From: Candidatus Parvarchaeota archaeon | Lineage (GTDB): Archaea > Nanobdellota > Nanobdellia > Parvarchaeales > Parvarchaeaceae | Assembly (NCBI GenBank): GCA_023378805.1 | Contig: JAMCSQ010000019.1 | Location: 11,738-75,737 of the forward strand | DNA length: 64,000 nt | Direction: 5' to 3' | Shown: piece after piece, positions 19,246 through 28,488 of the stretch | Numbering within the stretch: position 1 is the stretch's first letter | Layout of the letters: every line of letters starts with the position of its first letter | Position numbers and translations under genes: made by a program | The notes under the pieces: generated by a model | Databases searched by the model: none | What the model was told of the DNA's origin: nothing | What the model saw: only the letters and a program-made list of their open reading frames with translations

Positions 19246-20232
19246 TTATTTTTTTGCGTAAAAGCCTAAGATTTTTAAGTTCGAATTATAAAAAATAAGC
19301 ATTAAAAATATAAGAACGTAAAGAGGGCCAGCAGCCAAATCCGTTATTCCTGGAAAGAAAGGCCCTCCAAAACCCTGTATAACAGACCATGAAAATAGGC
19401 TGTATACTATACCCGCCAGATAATCCCATTTTCTGAATAAACCGAAAATAAGTAATAAAGCTATAGCAAACTCTGAAAATGCATACAAGTATAAAAATAA
19501 ATGTATGTTTGGCAGGATTAGTTTATCCCAAAACAAAAAGAATGGAATTAAAAATCTAGGCTCACCTAAAAGCTGCATAAGTTGATTCCCGGCAACATTA
19601 GATGCTGTGCCGCTGACTAACTTTAACGAAGCGTTTATGGCCAAAAGTGCTCCAAAAGTTATTGAAAATAGCGCAAAAACCATTATTTTTTCATTTTTTG
19701 ACTTTGTTTGTTTAAAGTATCCAATTTTTTGCCATATTTTATGTTTCTTTTCTATTATTTTGTCAAGGGATTTATCATAGGTCTTGAAATTCCTATCAGT
19801 AAATATTAGAAGTAGAAATAAAAGGAAGTAAAATGGGGTTGCACCAATGTTAAGCGTTCCTGCTATATACGGGCCTCCAAACTGACTTATAGTTAGCCAG
19901 ATAACTATTGAGTATACCGCGCCTGTAATATACAAAAACTTTTTGAAAAGCCCTAAAATAAGAAACAAACCGATTAAGAACTCAACAACTATTGCAAAAG
20001 CCACAAGAAAATTTATGTTATTTGCGGTAAAGTTCGCCCAAAATGCAACCCAGGGGTAGACAAAAGACCATGCACCATACGCACCTGAAAGTACATTCTC
20101 CTTTATCAAATAAGCAGAATCCGGTATCAATTTAAGCATTGAATCTGCTATAAATATTAAACCTAAAATAAGCCTAGTTACAAATGGTATTTTGTCAGAC
20201 CAACCTTTAAATTTTCCCATAAGCGGAATCAA
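19246..20232 (-). CDS. Tandem-duplicated DoxX/DoxD-like membrane protein (tentative)
   Basis: Two homologous halves, each about 160 aa, end in related blocks: ...WLTISQFGGPYIAGTLNIGATPFYFLLFLLLIF and ...WSVIQGFGGPFFPGITDLAAGPLYVLIFLMLIF. Topology is DoxX-like. Sits immediately upstream, on the same strand, of two cupredoxin genes. Confidence 0.4.
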   Translation of the reverse strand: MIPLMGKFKGWSDKIPFVTRLILGLIFIADSMLKLIPDSAYLIKENVLSGAYGAWSFVYPWVAFWANFTANNINFLVAFAIVVEFLIGLFLILGLFKKFLYITGAVYSIVIWLTISQFGGPYIAGTLNIGATPFYFLLFLLLIFTDRNFKTYDKSLDKIIEKKHKIWQKIGYFKQTKSKNEKIMVFALFSITFGALLAINASLKLVSGTASNVAGNQLMQLLGEPRFLIPFFLFWDKLILPNIHLFLYLYAFSEFAIALLLIFGLFRKWDYLAGIVYSLFSWSVIQGFGGPFFPGITDLAAGPLYVLIFLMLIFYNSNLKILGFYAKK

Positions 20233-20247
20233 TTAAGGTAGCATTGA

Positions 20248-20979
20248 TTAAGAATAACCATTACCGCCACTGCTGCTTGTAGAAGGAGAACTGCTTACTA
20301 CTATTTTACCGTACATTCCTAAAGCTGCATGCCCGAATATCGGACAGATATACCAGTATATTCCATTAGCATTTGCTGTAAATGTTTCTCTTTCCTCGTA
20401 TATACGGCCATTCTTAGGAGGTGGTATAAGTATACCTTTTACAACGATATCCTGTGAACTAGTATAACCATCAAATGCCGTTTCTGGTCCTGGAATAGAA
20501 TAAGGCGGAGCAAAACTGTTATTGGTTATCATATATCCATGATAAGCATAGTCAGATAAATCAAATGCATCAAAGGTAACGATTGAACCTTGTTTTATAA
20601 TAATTGTAGGATTTATAAGTCCATATACCATAAAAGCAGGAAGTGCCTGAAGGTCTAACTCTCCTAACAATGCTTTGTAAGGTGTACTTGTTCCTGGAAT
20701 TGTGGAATTCAGAGTTATATTATTTGCTGGATCTGAAGACAAATTATCTATCATACCCATGGATATTGTCGCGGATTTATTTACATATATTGTATTTGTA
20801 GCTGCGTTAACTGTAACCCCTGCAGGTACAGTACTTAAAGCAGTGGAAACAGAAATGGATACCGGCCCTGCGAAGTTTATCGTATGATTAATAGTAAGAA
20901 ATGCCACTATGATAATTATTACTGCTATTACAATTATTGTTGCTAAAATCATGGCATTGCTGTTTTTAGGATTTTCCAT
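20248..20979 (-). CDS. Membrane-anchored blue copper protein (cupredoxin; sulfocyanin/halocyanin-like)
   Basis: N-terminal TM anchor. The type-1 Cu ligand set is H in YAYHGYM plus C-x2-H-x4-M in WYICPIFGHAALGMYGKIVV. A C-terminal S/T-rich tail is present. Confidence 0.7.
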   Translation of the reverse strand: MENPKNSNAMILATIIVIAVIIIIVAFLTINHTINFAGPVSISVSTALSTVPAGVTVNAATNTIYVNKSATISMGMIDNLSSDPANNITLNSTIPGTSTPYKALLGELDLQALPAFMVYGLINPTIIIKQGSIVTFDAFDLSDYAYHGYMITNNSFAPPYSIPGPETAFDGYTSSQDIVVKGILIPPPKNGRIYEERETFTANANGIYWYICPIFGHAALGMYGKIVVSSSPSTSSSGGNGYS

Positions 20980-21644
20980 TATACTACCTCAATTTTACCA
21001 TACATCCCTAATTGAGCATGCCCTGGTATCGGACAAAGATAATAATAGGTACCGGTAGAATTAAATGTATAAGAACCGCTTGTCGAATAAATGCTTCCGC
21101 TGAAAGGATTATTAAAGTTAGCAGGTGGCGGCAATGCTGGTAAATACATAAGATCTGACTTCAAAGCAATAGGTGAGAGCGTAGTAAATGGATTAAATGG
21201 AGGAGTTTGAGCAGTTATAGCAAATATGTGTATCTCTGCCCCAAGATTTATAAAAACGAAGTTTACGGTTGAGCCCTGTTTTATAATAAATGTAGGGTCT
21301 ATAAGGCCATAATCTCCAAAATATGGAAGCTCATGATTTGGAGTCGCAAGATAAGAATCTGTAGCGGTTATATTAACTGGGTAAGTTATATTATGAATAG
21401 GATTATAAGAAATATTTTCATAAGCCACTAAAGGAATTGTAACATTTGGCCCTGTTATTACTATTGAATTATTCGCAGAATAGACAGCTACTCCACTAGG
21501 TACTGTACGAACAAATTTAAGCAGTGCAGCAGAGGGAGAAGAAGGAACTAATGTGTAGATTATAAATACTGCTATAACCACAATTACAGCTACTACAATT
21601 ACCTCATAAATAAAAAAATTATTTTTCTTTGGTTTATCTTGCAT
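20979..21644 (-). CDS. Membrane-anchored blue copper protein (cupredoxin), paralogue of 20248..20979
   Basis: N-terminal TM anchor. H in GAEIHIFAI. C-terminal YYYLCPIPGHAQLGMYGKIEV gives the C-x2-H-x4-M ligands. Its stop overlaps the start of the downstream paralogue. Confidence 0.7.
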   Translation of the reverse strand: MQDKPKKNNFFIYEVIVVAVIVVIAVFIIYTLVPSSPSAALLKFVRTVPSGVAVYSANNSIVITGPNVTIPLVAYENISYNPIHNITYPVNITATDSYLATPNHELPYFGDYGLIDPTFIIKQGSTVNFVFINLGAEIHIFAITAQTPPFNPFTTLSPIALKSDLMYLPALPPPANFNNPFSGSIYSTSGSYTFNSTGTYYYLCPIPGHAQLGMYGKIEVV

Positions 21645-21645
21645 T

Positions 21646-22005
21646 TTATTTATAAGAATTTAGCTTATTTAAACTTTTATGCAGATTATTAAAATATTTG
21701 TAGAGTTTTAAAGCAGCCATACTAAAGAGCTTAAAATCTATATAAGTGCCTATAACCGCAACTCCATATGTTATCGGTAGAGTAATAGCAGCATGCTGCA
21801 CATATGCAAATTGATATTCGTAGCTAGGTATAATGTTGAGCCCTTTCTCTGCTAATAAAACTGAATACGCCTCTGGAAATGCCGCTATACCTAATACCGC
21901 CAACTTGTATGCTTTTGGATGTTTTTTAATATAACCAAAGAATTTATCCTTAATTTGAACCTTATCATTGGATAATAAACCTTCAAGATTACTTGGCCCC
22001 ATCAA
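21646..22005 (-). CDS. Hypothetical small membrane protein
   Basis: 119 aa with 2-3 TM helices. Lies 2 nt upstream of the cupredoxin gene, same strand. Confidence 0.3.
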   Translation of the reverse strand: MMGPSNLEGLLSNDKVQIKDKFFGYIKKHPKAYKLAVLGIAAFPEAYSVLLAEKGLNIIPSYEYQFAYVQHAAITLPITYGVAVIGTYIDFKLFSMAALKLYKYFNNLHKSLNKLNSYK

Positions 22006-22040
22006 TAAAAAGTAGATATATCGGTATATAAACGTTTAAT

Positions 22041-22703
22041 CTAAGGAGTTATGTACTTTTTCCAGTTTGTTCTGTCTTTTTCAACAGGCAAATAATGAAC
22101 ATCTTCATTAATATCCTCCTCAGTGATATCTGCAAGTCTCAGATTATTTGGATTATTATGCTCTAATATATTTAGAATTTTCTTACCGTTCTCCAAAGAG
22201 GGATAAACATGCCAACAAACCGTTTGTCCATCACTGTTTTTTCTTATATTCTCTATTATGTATTCTCTTCTTTCGTCTATATCGCTAGCCACTGGGCTAT
22301 CTCCTAAAATAAGTTTATAAAATCTAAAAAAGTTATTATCCGCATTGACTTTCCTCTGATCATATAAACCTATTGTATAAACAAGGTTCTTTTTCAGATG
22401 ATTGCTAAACAGATCGCCATCATTCGCTTTAGAAACATAATTAATCCTTCCAGGAACACTGTTCTTGAAGAGATAAAGAAAATTCTCTCCATCCTTATTA
22501 ACAATATACGCATGTAACCTTTTATAAGTTAAAACATCTGAATTTTTGTACAATTTGTACTCTGAATCAAATTTATCGCCCTGCGGATTTATCTTCAAAA
22601 CTGCGAAGGAAAATACAAAATCCATGTTATTTGTGTAGCCATTATAAGAATCTATTTTTTCAGCATTTGTTAATAAGGATTCTAATATTTCCTCCTTTTT
22701 CAT
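22041..22703 (-). CDS. Hypothetical cytoplasmic protein
   Basis: 220 aa. No TM segment and no motif recognised. Confidence 0.35.
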   Translation of the reverse strand: MKKEEILESLLTNAEKIDSYNGYTNNMDFVFSFAVLKINPQGDKFDSEYKLYKNSDVLTYKRLHAYIVNKDGENFLYLFKNSVPGRINYVSKANDGDLFSNHLKKNLVYTIGLYDQRKVNADNNFFRFYKLILGDSPVASDIDERREYIIENIRKNSDGQTVCWHVYPSLENGKKILNILEHNNPNNLRLADITEEDINEDVHYLPVEKDRTNWKKYITP

Positions 22704-22789
22704 AAATTTTATAGAAAAATTCTAATATATAAATGTTATTATTTGTAAATTTTACAATAATACCTATCAAAATTGAAATTTAATGGTGA

Positions 22790-24568
22790 TTAGTATTCCT
22801 TAACGCTCTTGTACATTTTATCGAACTCGTCCCAAAGCTCGGCAGGCAGATGCTTTTCAAATTTTTTAAAGAAGACTTTCACCTCATTTAATTCCTTCAA
22901 CCAGCCTTGCTTATTAAAATATAACAACCCCTCGATTTTTTCTTTTCCAATATTCAATCCATTTAAATTTAAATCCTCTATCTTAGGTATAAAACCAATA
23001 GGCAGTTCAATTGCATTTACTTTTCTATCAACTCTGTCAATCATCCATTTTAGTATCCTAAAGTTTTCGCTGAAGCCGGGCCAGATATAATTTCCTTTTT
23101 CATCTTTTCTAAACCAGTTTACATTAAAAACCTTTGGAGGAGTTTTTACCCTCTTAGCAACATCAAACCAATGCTTAAAATAATCGCCCATATTATAACC
23201 ACAAAAAGGAAGCATTGACATCGGATCAGATCTTATTATTCCGGTAGAATCTGACTGTGCAGCGGTTGTTTCTGCCCTTATCATTGCTCCTAATAATATG
23301 CCTTGCTCAAACGTCTTTGCTTCGTATACTAAAGGGATCAGCGAAGAACGCCTGCCACCGAACAGCATAACTGATAATTTAACACCATTTGGAGCTTCAT
23401 ATAACTTAGACTTAAAGGTATACTGTTTTAACGGAGTTGTAAATCTTGAATTTTTATGTGCTGCGTCTTTACTGCTTCCAGAATGCCATTCCCTGCCAGT
23501 CCAATCATATAAGATTTCTGGAGGCTTGCTTAACCCTTCCCACCAAGGAGTATTGTTCTTTGGATTTAAAGCGACGTTTGTAAAAATTGTATTTCTCCTA
23601 AGTGACTGCAATATATTTGGATTGCTACTCGGGCCTGTACCATATGCAACTCCAAAGAAACCATTTTCTGGGTTTATCCCTCTAAGTTCTCCTTCTTTGC
23701 CTACAAAAAGCCAGCCTATATCATCACCAACTGTTCTTGCTTCAAATTCATTGAAATTAGAAGGAGGTTTTATCATCGCTAGATTTGTTTTGCCGCTAGC
23801 ACTTGGCAATGCGCCACTTATGTAATATCTATTTTTTCTTTTCTTATCAACTACTTCAAGAAGAAACATATGCTCTGCTAACCATCCTTCATCCCTTGCA
23901 ACTACGCTTGCTAGTCTCAAAGCATGCGGTTTTTTGCTTAGTACCGCATTTCCACCATACTCCGTATTTATGCTCATCAACAACAATTCATCAGGGAAAT
24001 GGCAGATATACCTATTTTCAATACTTAAATCACCTGTAGAATGCAATGCCCTCACGTATTTTTTCTTCTTTTTTATTTCTTTTACAGCAACTTGCCCCAT
24101 TCTTGTAAGGATACGCATGTTTACGACTACATATGCACTATCAGTTATTTCAATGCCAACCTGAGAAAAATCCGAGTTTGCTGGACCCATTAGATATGGA
24201 ATAACATACATTACCCTTCCTTTCATTGCTCCATTGAAAAATTTCCACATCATTTTAAATGCTTTTTCTTTTTTCATCCATCTATTTGTTGGCCCTGCTT
24301 CTTCTGCATTGTCAGTGCATATCAGTGTCCTATCTTCCACTCTCGCAACATCGTTTCTTTGGGTACGATAAAGATAGCAGTTTTTGTATTCTTTTTCATT
24401 AAGTTTTATCCATTTTCCTTCAGTTGTAAGTAAATTCCTTAACTCTGCATTCTCTCTATAGGAGCCGTCACACCAGTATAGCTTTTCCGGTTTTGTTATT
24501 TTCTCGACTTCATAGATCCAAGAAACCAAAGAATCAGGTAAAGACTTAATATCTTTTTCATCAAGCAT
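22790..24568 (-). CDS. pckG: Phosphoenolpyruvate carboxykinase (GTP)
   Basis: GTP-PEPCK P-loop SGALPSASGKTNLAMI (cf. PSACGKTNLAM). The WLAEHMF block is present. ENRYICHFPDE marks the PCK-specific domain. 592 aa. Confidence 0.9.
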   Translation of the reverse strand: MLDEKDIKSLPDSLVSWIYEVEKITKPEKLYWCDGSYRENAELRNLLTTEGKWIKLNEKEYKNCYLYRTQRNDVARVEDRTLICTDNAEEAGPTNRWMKKEKAFKMMWKFFNGAMKGRVMYVIPYLMGPANSDFSQVGIEITDSAYVVVNMRILTRMGQVAVKEIKKKKKYVRALHSTGDLSIENRYICHFPDELLLMSINTEYGGNAVLSKKPHALRLASVVARDEGWLAEHMFLLEVVDKKRKNRYYISGALPSASGKTNLAMIKPPSNFNEFEARTVGDDIGWLFVGKEGELRGINPENGFFGVAYGTGPSSNPNILQSLRRNTIFTNVALNPKNNTPWWEGLSKPPEILYDWTGREWHSGSSKDAAHKNSRFTTPLKQYTFKSKLYEAPNGVKLSVMLFGGRRSSLIPLVYEAKTFEQGILLGAMIRAETTAAQSDSTGIIRSDPMSMLPFCGYNMGDYFKHWFDVAKRVKTPPKVFNVNWFRKDEKGNYIWPGFSENFRILKWMIDRVDRKVNAIELPIGFIPKIEDLNLNGLNIGKEKIEGLLYFNKQGWLKELNEVKVFFKKFEKHLPAELWDEFDKMYKSVKEY

Positions 24569-24776
24569 TACTATTCACCTATAACTTTTTTCAAAGCTTT
24601 TGTACTAAATTTAACTAATTTAAAGCCAAAACATAGTATTTATATTTGTTTAATTAATTTATAGTTTTTTATCGATGCCGCTATAAAAATAGCGTTTTTA
24701 CCTTTATATGAAGTAAAAATTAACCGTTGAAAGTCAATTAAAAGCTTAAATATTGGAAGTTTTCAAATGATTAAAT

Positions 24777-26204
24777 ATGGTTTTCAGCAATAATACGATC
24801 GATTCTCTATACACGGCTAAAAAAGCAATAGAAGAATTAGTCAAAAGCAATAAAGACAATAAAAAATTGAATGAAATAATAAAAAACAAAGGAGTAAAAC
24901 TTGAAGATTTACTAAGTACTAACATAGAAATAGACTATGATAATCTGAGTATAAAGGCTTCGTACTTTACTAGAGATTATCCAAGCAACCTTGTCAATCT
25001 TATGAATGCAATTCAAGACATAAAAGCATTTTCAAAAAGCGCTTACAGAAAGATACGGTTTGATATTGACAACAATGAAAATGATGGAACCTACTATATA
25101 AAGGCATTTGATGAAAAAGATGAAAACTTATTCTATATTAGATTGTCGAAAATGGTGTTTGAAATGGATAGCGGATTAAAACATGCCTTTTTGTCTACAG
25201 GTATATACAAGAATTTCGCAGAAAAACCCTCATTTGCAAGAGAATTGTTTTCGATATTAAATGAAAAAGTAATAATAAAAGACATAGAAAATACGAACAA
25301 GGATTTATTTATTGAAGACGCTTATTCGGAAAATGGAGGTAATTTGGCCGATACCCTTAAGAGTCTTGGGCTAGAGATTTACAATAGCGATATAAACATG
25401 AATATAGTGGGAGGATACAATGATATAAAAGATAGAATTGAAAGGGAAATATTCACCCCCTTCGCACATAAAGACATACTTAATGAAATAAGAAAACTTA
25501 CACGAATAAACAAGAAGAACGAGACAAATAGTGCACTGTTCTATGGAGAACCTGGAACAGGTAAGACCCTAATGGCAAGGGTAATATCAAATGAAAACAA
25601 ACTTAATTTCATTTATATGGATGTATCACAGATATATTCAAATTGGTATGGTGATTCTCCAAGGAGGATGGAAGCAGCATTTGACCTTGTAAAAAGATAT
25701 TCAAAACAAAATGGTAAAACGGTATTATTTATAGACGAAATAGATTCATTGGGAAACAGACAGTACAACAGCAATGAAAGCAACAAGGTATTAAATGTTC
25801 TGCTTACAAAATTAAGTGGCATTAAGTCTGAAGAGAATGAAGATCTGCTTCTAATCGGCTGTACAAACCTTATTAACAATCTTGACCCTGCTTTGATATC
25901 AAGATTTAAGAGCAAAATCTTGTTTAGAAAACCAAATGAAGAGGACAGGGCAGGTATAATCTCCACGTATTCGCAGAAACTTTCAGAAAGTGATATAAAA
26001 TTACTTGCAAAAAACACTGAAGGATTAACAGGCAGGGATATAGAATCAATCATTTCAATAGCAGAAGAGAACCTTGCATACGATGTAGCAAATAAAAAAA
26101 GGGATTATAAAACTCCAAGAATAGAGGATTACATACATGCGCTAAGTTTATTCAAACAGACTCATGAGCAGGAAAAGCAGAAAACCAGCGGCCTTTACAG
26201 CTGA
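24777..26204 (+). CDS. AAA+ family ATPase with unique ~230-aa N-terminal domain
   Basis: Walker A LFYGEPGTGKTLMARVI. Walker B VLFIDEIDSLG. Sensor-1 LIGCTNL. The second region of homology carries the Arg fingers. Confidence 0.8.
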   Translation: MVFSNNTIDSLYTAKKAIEELVKSNKDNKKLNEIIKNKGVKLEDLLSTNIEIDYDNLSIKASYFTRDYPSNLVNLMNAIQDIKAFSKSAYRKIRFDIDNNENDGTYYIKAFDEKDENLFYIRLSKMVFEMDSGLKHAFLSTGIYKNFAEKPSFARELFSILNEKVIIKDIENTNKDLFIEDAYSENGGNLADTLKSLGLEIYNSDINMNIVGGYNDIKDRIEREIFTPFAHKDILNEIRKLTRINKKNETNSALFYGEPGTGKTLMARVISNENKLNFIYMDVSQIYSNWYGDSPRRMEAAFDLVKRYSKQNGKTVLFIDEIDSLGNRQYNSNESNKVLNVLLTKLSGIKSEENEDLLLIGCTNLINNLDPALISRFKSKILFRKPNEEDRAGIISTYSQKLSESDIKLLAKNTEGLTGRDIESIISIAEENLAYDVANKKRDYKTPRIEDYIHALSLFKQTHEQEKQKTSGLYS

Positions 26205-27337
26205 TTGCCAAGAAAATTATATTTAAACTTTTTTACTTTTGAGATGTTGTCTTTCTTCCAAGCCATAAATCTTCTGCATTCTATGTCACTAAAGCTTGCT
26301 AATCTGCTAAAATCCCTCTTCTGAGAAAGTCCTATTTCAGTACCGTAATAAACAATTGAATTTTGCGCTTTTCCTAGTTCTCTTACTACTGAATTAGTTT
26401 TATCAGGGATTAACCAACTTATTCTCTGCATATCATGATTATCTGCGAAAATAAATCCCTTCTTTCTTCTTTTCTCAAGCATATCAAACTTCAGTCGTCT
26501 GATAGCTAGATTTGAAGAAAAATCTAAAGGAGTTTTAAATAATCTGCTAAATAGTTCCATTGCAAATTCCTCGGCTTTTGCAGACTGAATTTCATCCCAG
26601 GCTTTACCAATGTTTTTATTAACTAGCTCTAAAAGAGCATTTTTCTTTGTTTCGTCTTCTAAAAACCACAATGTATTTAGATATTTTGGAGCTATTCCTG
26701 ACAGCCAAATTTCTGGAAGAAAAGCGAAATTTCTATCAACTTTTTTACATGCTTCTGTGAACACTTTCCAGAATTCCATGGACGGACCAATTGCATGATC
26801 TAATCTATACCCGTCTATTCCAAAGTTATTTATCCAAAAAAGCCCTGCTTCCGTCAAGTAATCTATGACCTCCTTGTTTTTCGTATTTAATTTTGGTAGG
26901 CCTTTAAATCCAAGAAAGGACATATAATTATCTTTACCATCAAAAACGAACCATTTTTTGTATCTACTTTTTCCATTTTTTAAAGCCGAAACAAAAAAGG
27001 GGTGCTTATACGAAACATGATTTGCCACAAAATCTAGTATAACTTTTAATCCTATTGAATGGGCAGTATCAACAAGTTTCTTTAACGTATTATTCGAACC
27101 GAAATGTCTGTCGACCGAATAAAAATCAGTTGTGGAATAACCGTGATAATCGGAAGTAGAAAATATTGGAGTTAACCATATTGCATCAAAACTCATATCT
27201 TTTATGTATCCAAGCTTGCTTATGACACCCTTAAGATTTCCACCCATCCATGTTTTAGAGGTTTTAAAGGCAAGCCTTGCATCTTTATGCGCATTATCTG
27301 TTGAGAACCGATCCACAAATATTTGATAAATTTTCAT
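26195..27337 (-). CDS. Glycoside hydrolase family 13 (alpha-amylase catalytic domain) protein
   Basis: GH13 regions I-IV are present. Region I is DAIWLTPIF...GY. Region I/II is DFVANH. Region II is GIDGYRLDHA, carrying the nucleophile Asp. Region III is EIW. Region IV is NHD at FADNHDM. 380 aa is a minimal catalytic barrel. Confidence 0.8.
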   Translation of the reverse strand: MKIYQIFVDRFSTDNAHKDARLAFKTSKTWMGGNLKGVISKLGYIKDMSFDAIWLTPIFSTSDYHGYSTTDFYSVDRHFGSNNTLKKLVDTAHSIGLKVILDFVANHVSYKHPFFVSALKNGKSRYKKWFVFDGKDNYMSFLGFKGLPKLNTKNKEVIDYLTEAGLFWINNFGIDGYRLDHAIGPSMEFWKVFTEACKKVDRNFAFLPEIWLSGIAPKYLNTLWFLEDETKKNALLELVNKNIGKAWDEIQSAKAEEFAMELFSRLFKTPLDFSSNLAIRRLKFDMLEKRRKKGFIFADNHDMQRISWLIPDKTNSVVRELGKAQNSIVYYGTEIGLSQKRDFSRLASFSDIECRRFMAWKKDNISKVKKFKYNFLGNQL

Positions 27338-27410
27338 GTTATTAGGTATTATATAAATCTTATAAATTTAAATAATAAAGAGATGTATATTATTAAATAT
27401 AAGATGGATT

Positions 27411-28487
27411 ATGGTAAGCGTATCATTAAAAGGAATATACAAATCGTTTAAAAGAAAGAAAAAGATTGTAGAGGTTTTAAAGGGAGTAGACTTGGATATA
27501 CCGGATGGAAAATTCACCGTTATTCTCGCGCCTTCGGGAGAGGGAAAAACTACATTAATAAGAATAATCGCAGGCCTAGAAAAACAGGATAAAGGAGATG
27601 TATATATAGGAAATAAAATCGTAAATGACACCCCTCCAAAGGATAGAAACCTTGCAATGGTCTTTCAGAATTATGCTATCTATCCATTCATGGACGTATT
27701 CAACAACATTGCATTTCCACTTAAGATAATGCACATGAAAAAAGAAGAAATTGAGAAAAAAGTAAGAGAAACTGCAAAGATGCTACAGATAGATGAATTG
27801 CTTGACAGAAGGCCTTCACAGCTTTCCGGAGGACAAAGACAGAGAGTAGCAATTGCAAGGGCTCTTGTAAAAGGAGCAAACCTGCTTTTACTTGACGAGC
27901 CCCTCTCAAACCTTGACGCGCAATTAAGGACAGTTGCCAGAGCAGAACTAAAAGAGTTGCAGAAAAGGCTGCATATAACGGTTGTATACGTGACACATGA
28001 TCAGGTTGAAGCAATGGTATTAGCAGATCAGGTAGCTGTTCTGCATAATGGAAAAATAGAAGCAGTTGACAATCCAATGGTTCTATACAGAAAACCTAAA
28101 GATGTGTGGGTTGCGGGGTTTATAGGAAATCCCCCAATGAACTTGATAGAGGGAGAACTTATTGATGAAAAAACATTTTCATTTGAAGGATACAAAATAA
28201 AAATACCCAATAGTATTTCAAAGAAACTCAAAATAAGTAAGGGAAAAGCTACTTTAGGGATAAGACCTGAAGACATAAAAGTAGGAGAGGGGAATGTAAA
28301 AGCCATTGTAAATCTTATTGAGCCATTGGGATCGCAGACGCTTTTACGTGTTACTATTGGAAAAACTACTATCAATGTCATAATATTCCAAACGCACATA
28401 ATAGAATTGAACAAAGAGATGACATTGGACCTTACAAGTGATAACTTAGCGGTATTTGATAAAACGGGACAAAACGCTGAAAAATAG
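27411..28487 (+). CDS. Sugar ABC transporter ATP-binding protein (MalK/MsmK-like) with C-terminal TOBE-type domain
   Basis: Walker A APSGEGKTT. Signature LSGGQRQRVAIARAL. Walker B LLLDEPLSNLD. H-loop VTHDQ. The C-terminal 120 aa has a beta-rich regulatory-domain pattern. Confidence 0.85.
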   Translation: MVSVSLKGIYKSFKRKKKIVEVLKGVDLDIPDGKFTVILAPSGEGKTTLIRIIAGLEKQDKGDVYIGNKIVNDTPPKDRNLAMVFQNYAIYPFMDVFNNIAFPLKIMHMKKEEIEKKVRETAKMLQIDELLDRRPSQLSGGQRQRVAIARALVKGANLLLLDEPLSNLDAQLRTVARAELKELQKRLHITVVYVTHDQVEAMVLADQVAVLHNGKIEAVDNPMVLYRKPKDVWVAGFIGNPPMNLIEGELIDEKTFSFEGYKIKIPNSISKKLKISKGKATLGIRPEDIKVGEGNVKAIVNLIEPLGSQTLLRVTIGKTTINVIIFQTHIIELNKEMTLDLTSDNLAVFDKTGQNAEK

Positions 28488-28488
28488 A

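Noticed and set aside
22809-24164. Plus-strand ORFs 22809..23090, 23298..23825, 23803..24039 and 23934..24164 inside the PEPCK gene
   Set aside because: They are antisense to pckG, which has GTP-PEPCK P-loop and domain motifs. No independent signal.
27411-28487. Atypical Walker A (APSGEGKTT instead of GPSGCGKST) in the MalK-like ATPase as a sign of an inactive ATPase
   Set aside because: The Lys-Thr core, Q-loop, signature, Walker B and H-loop are all intact. This is most likely benign sequence variation.
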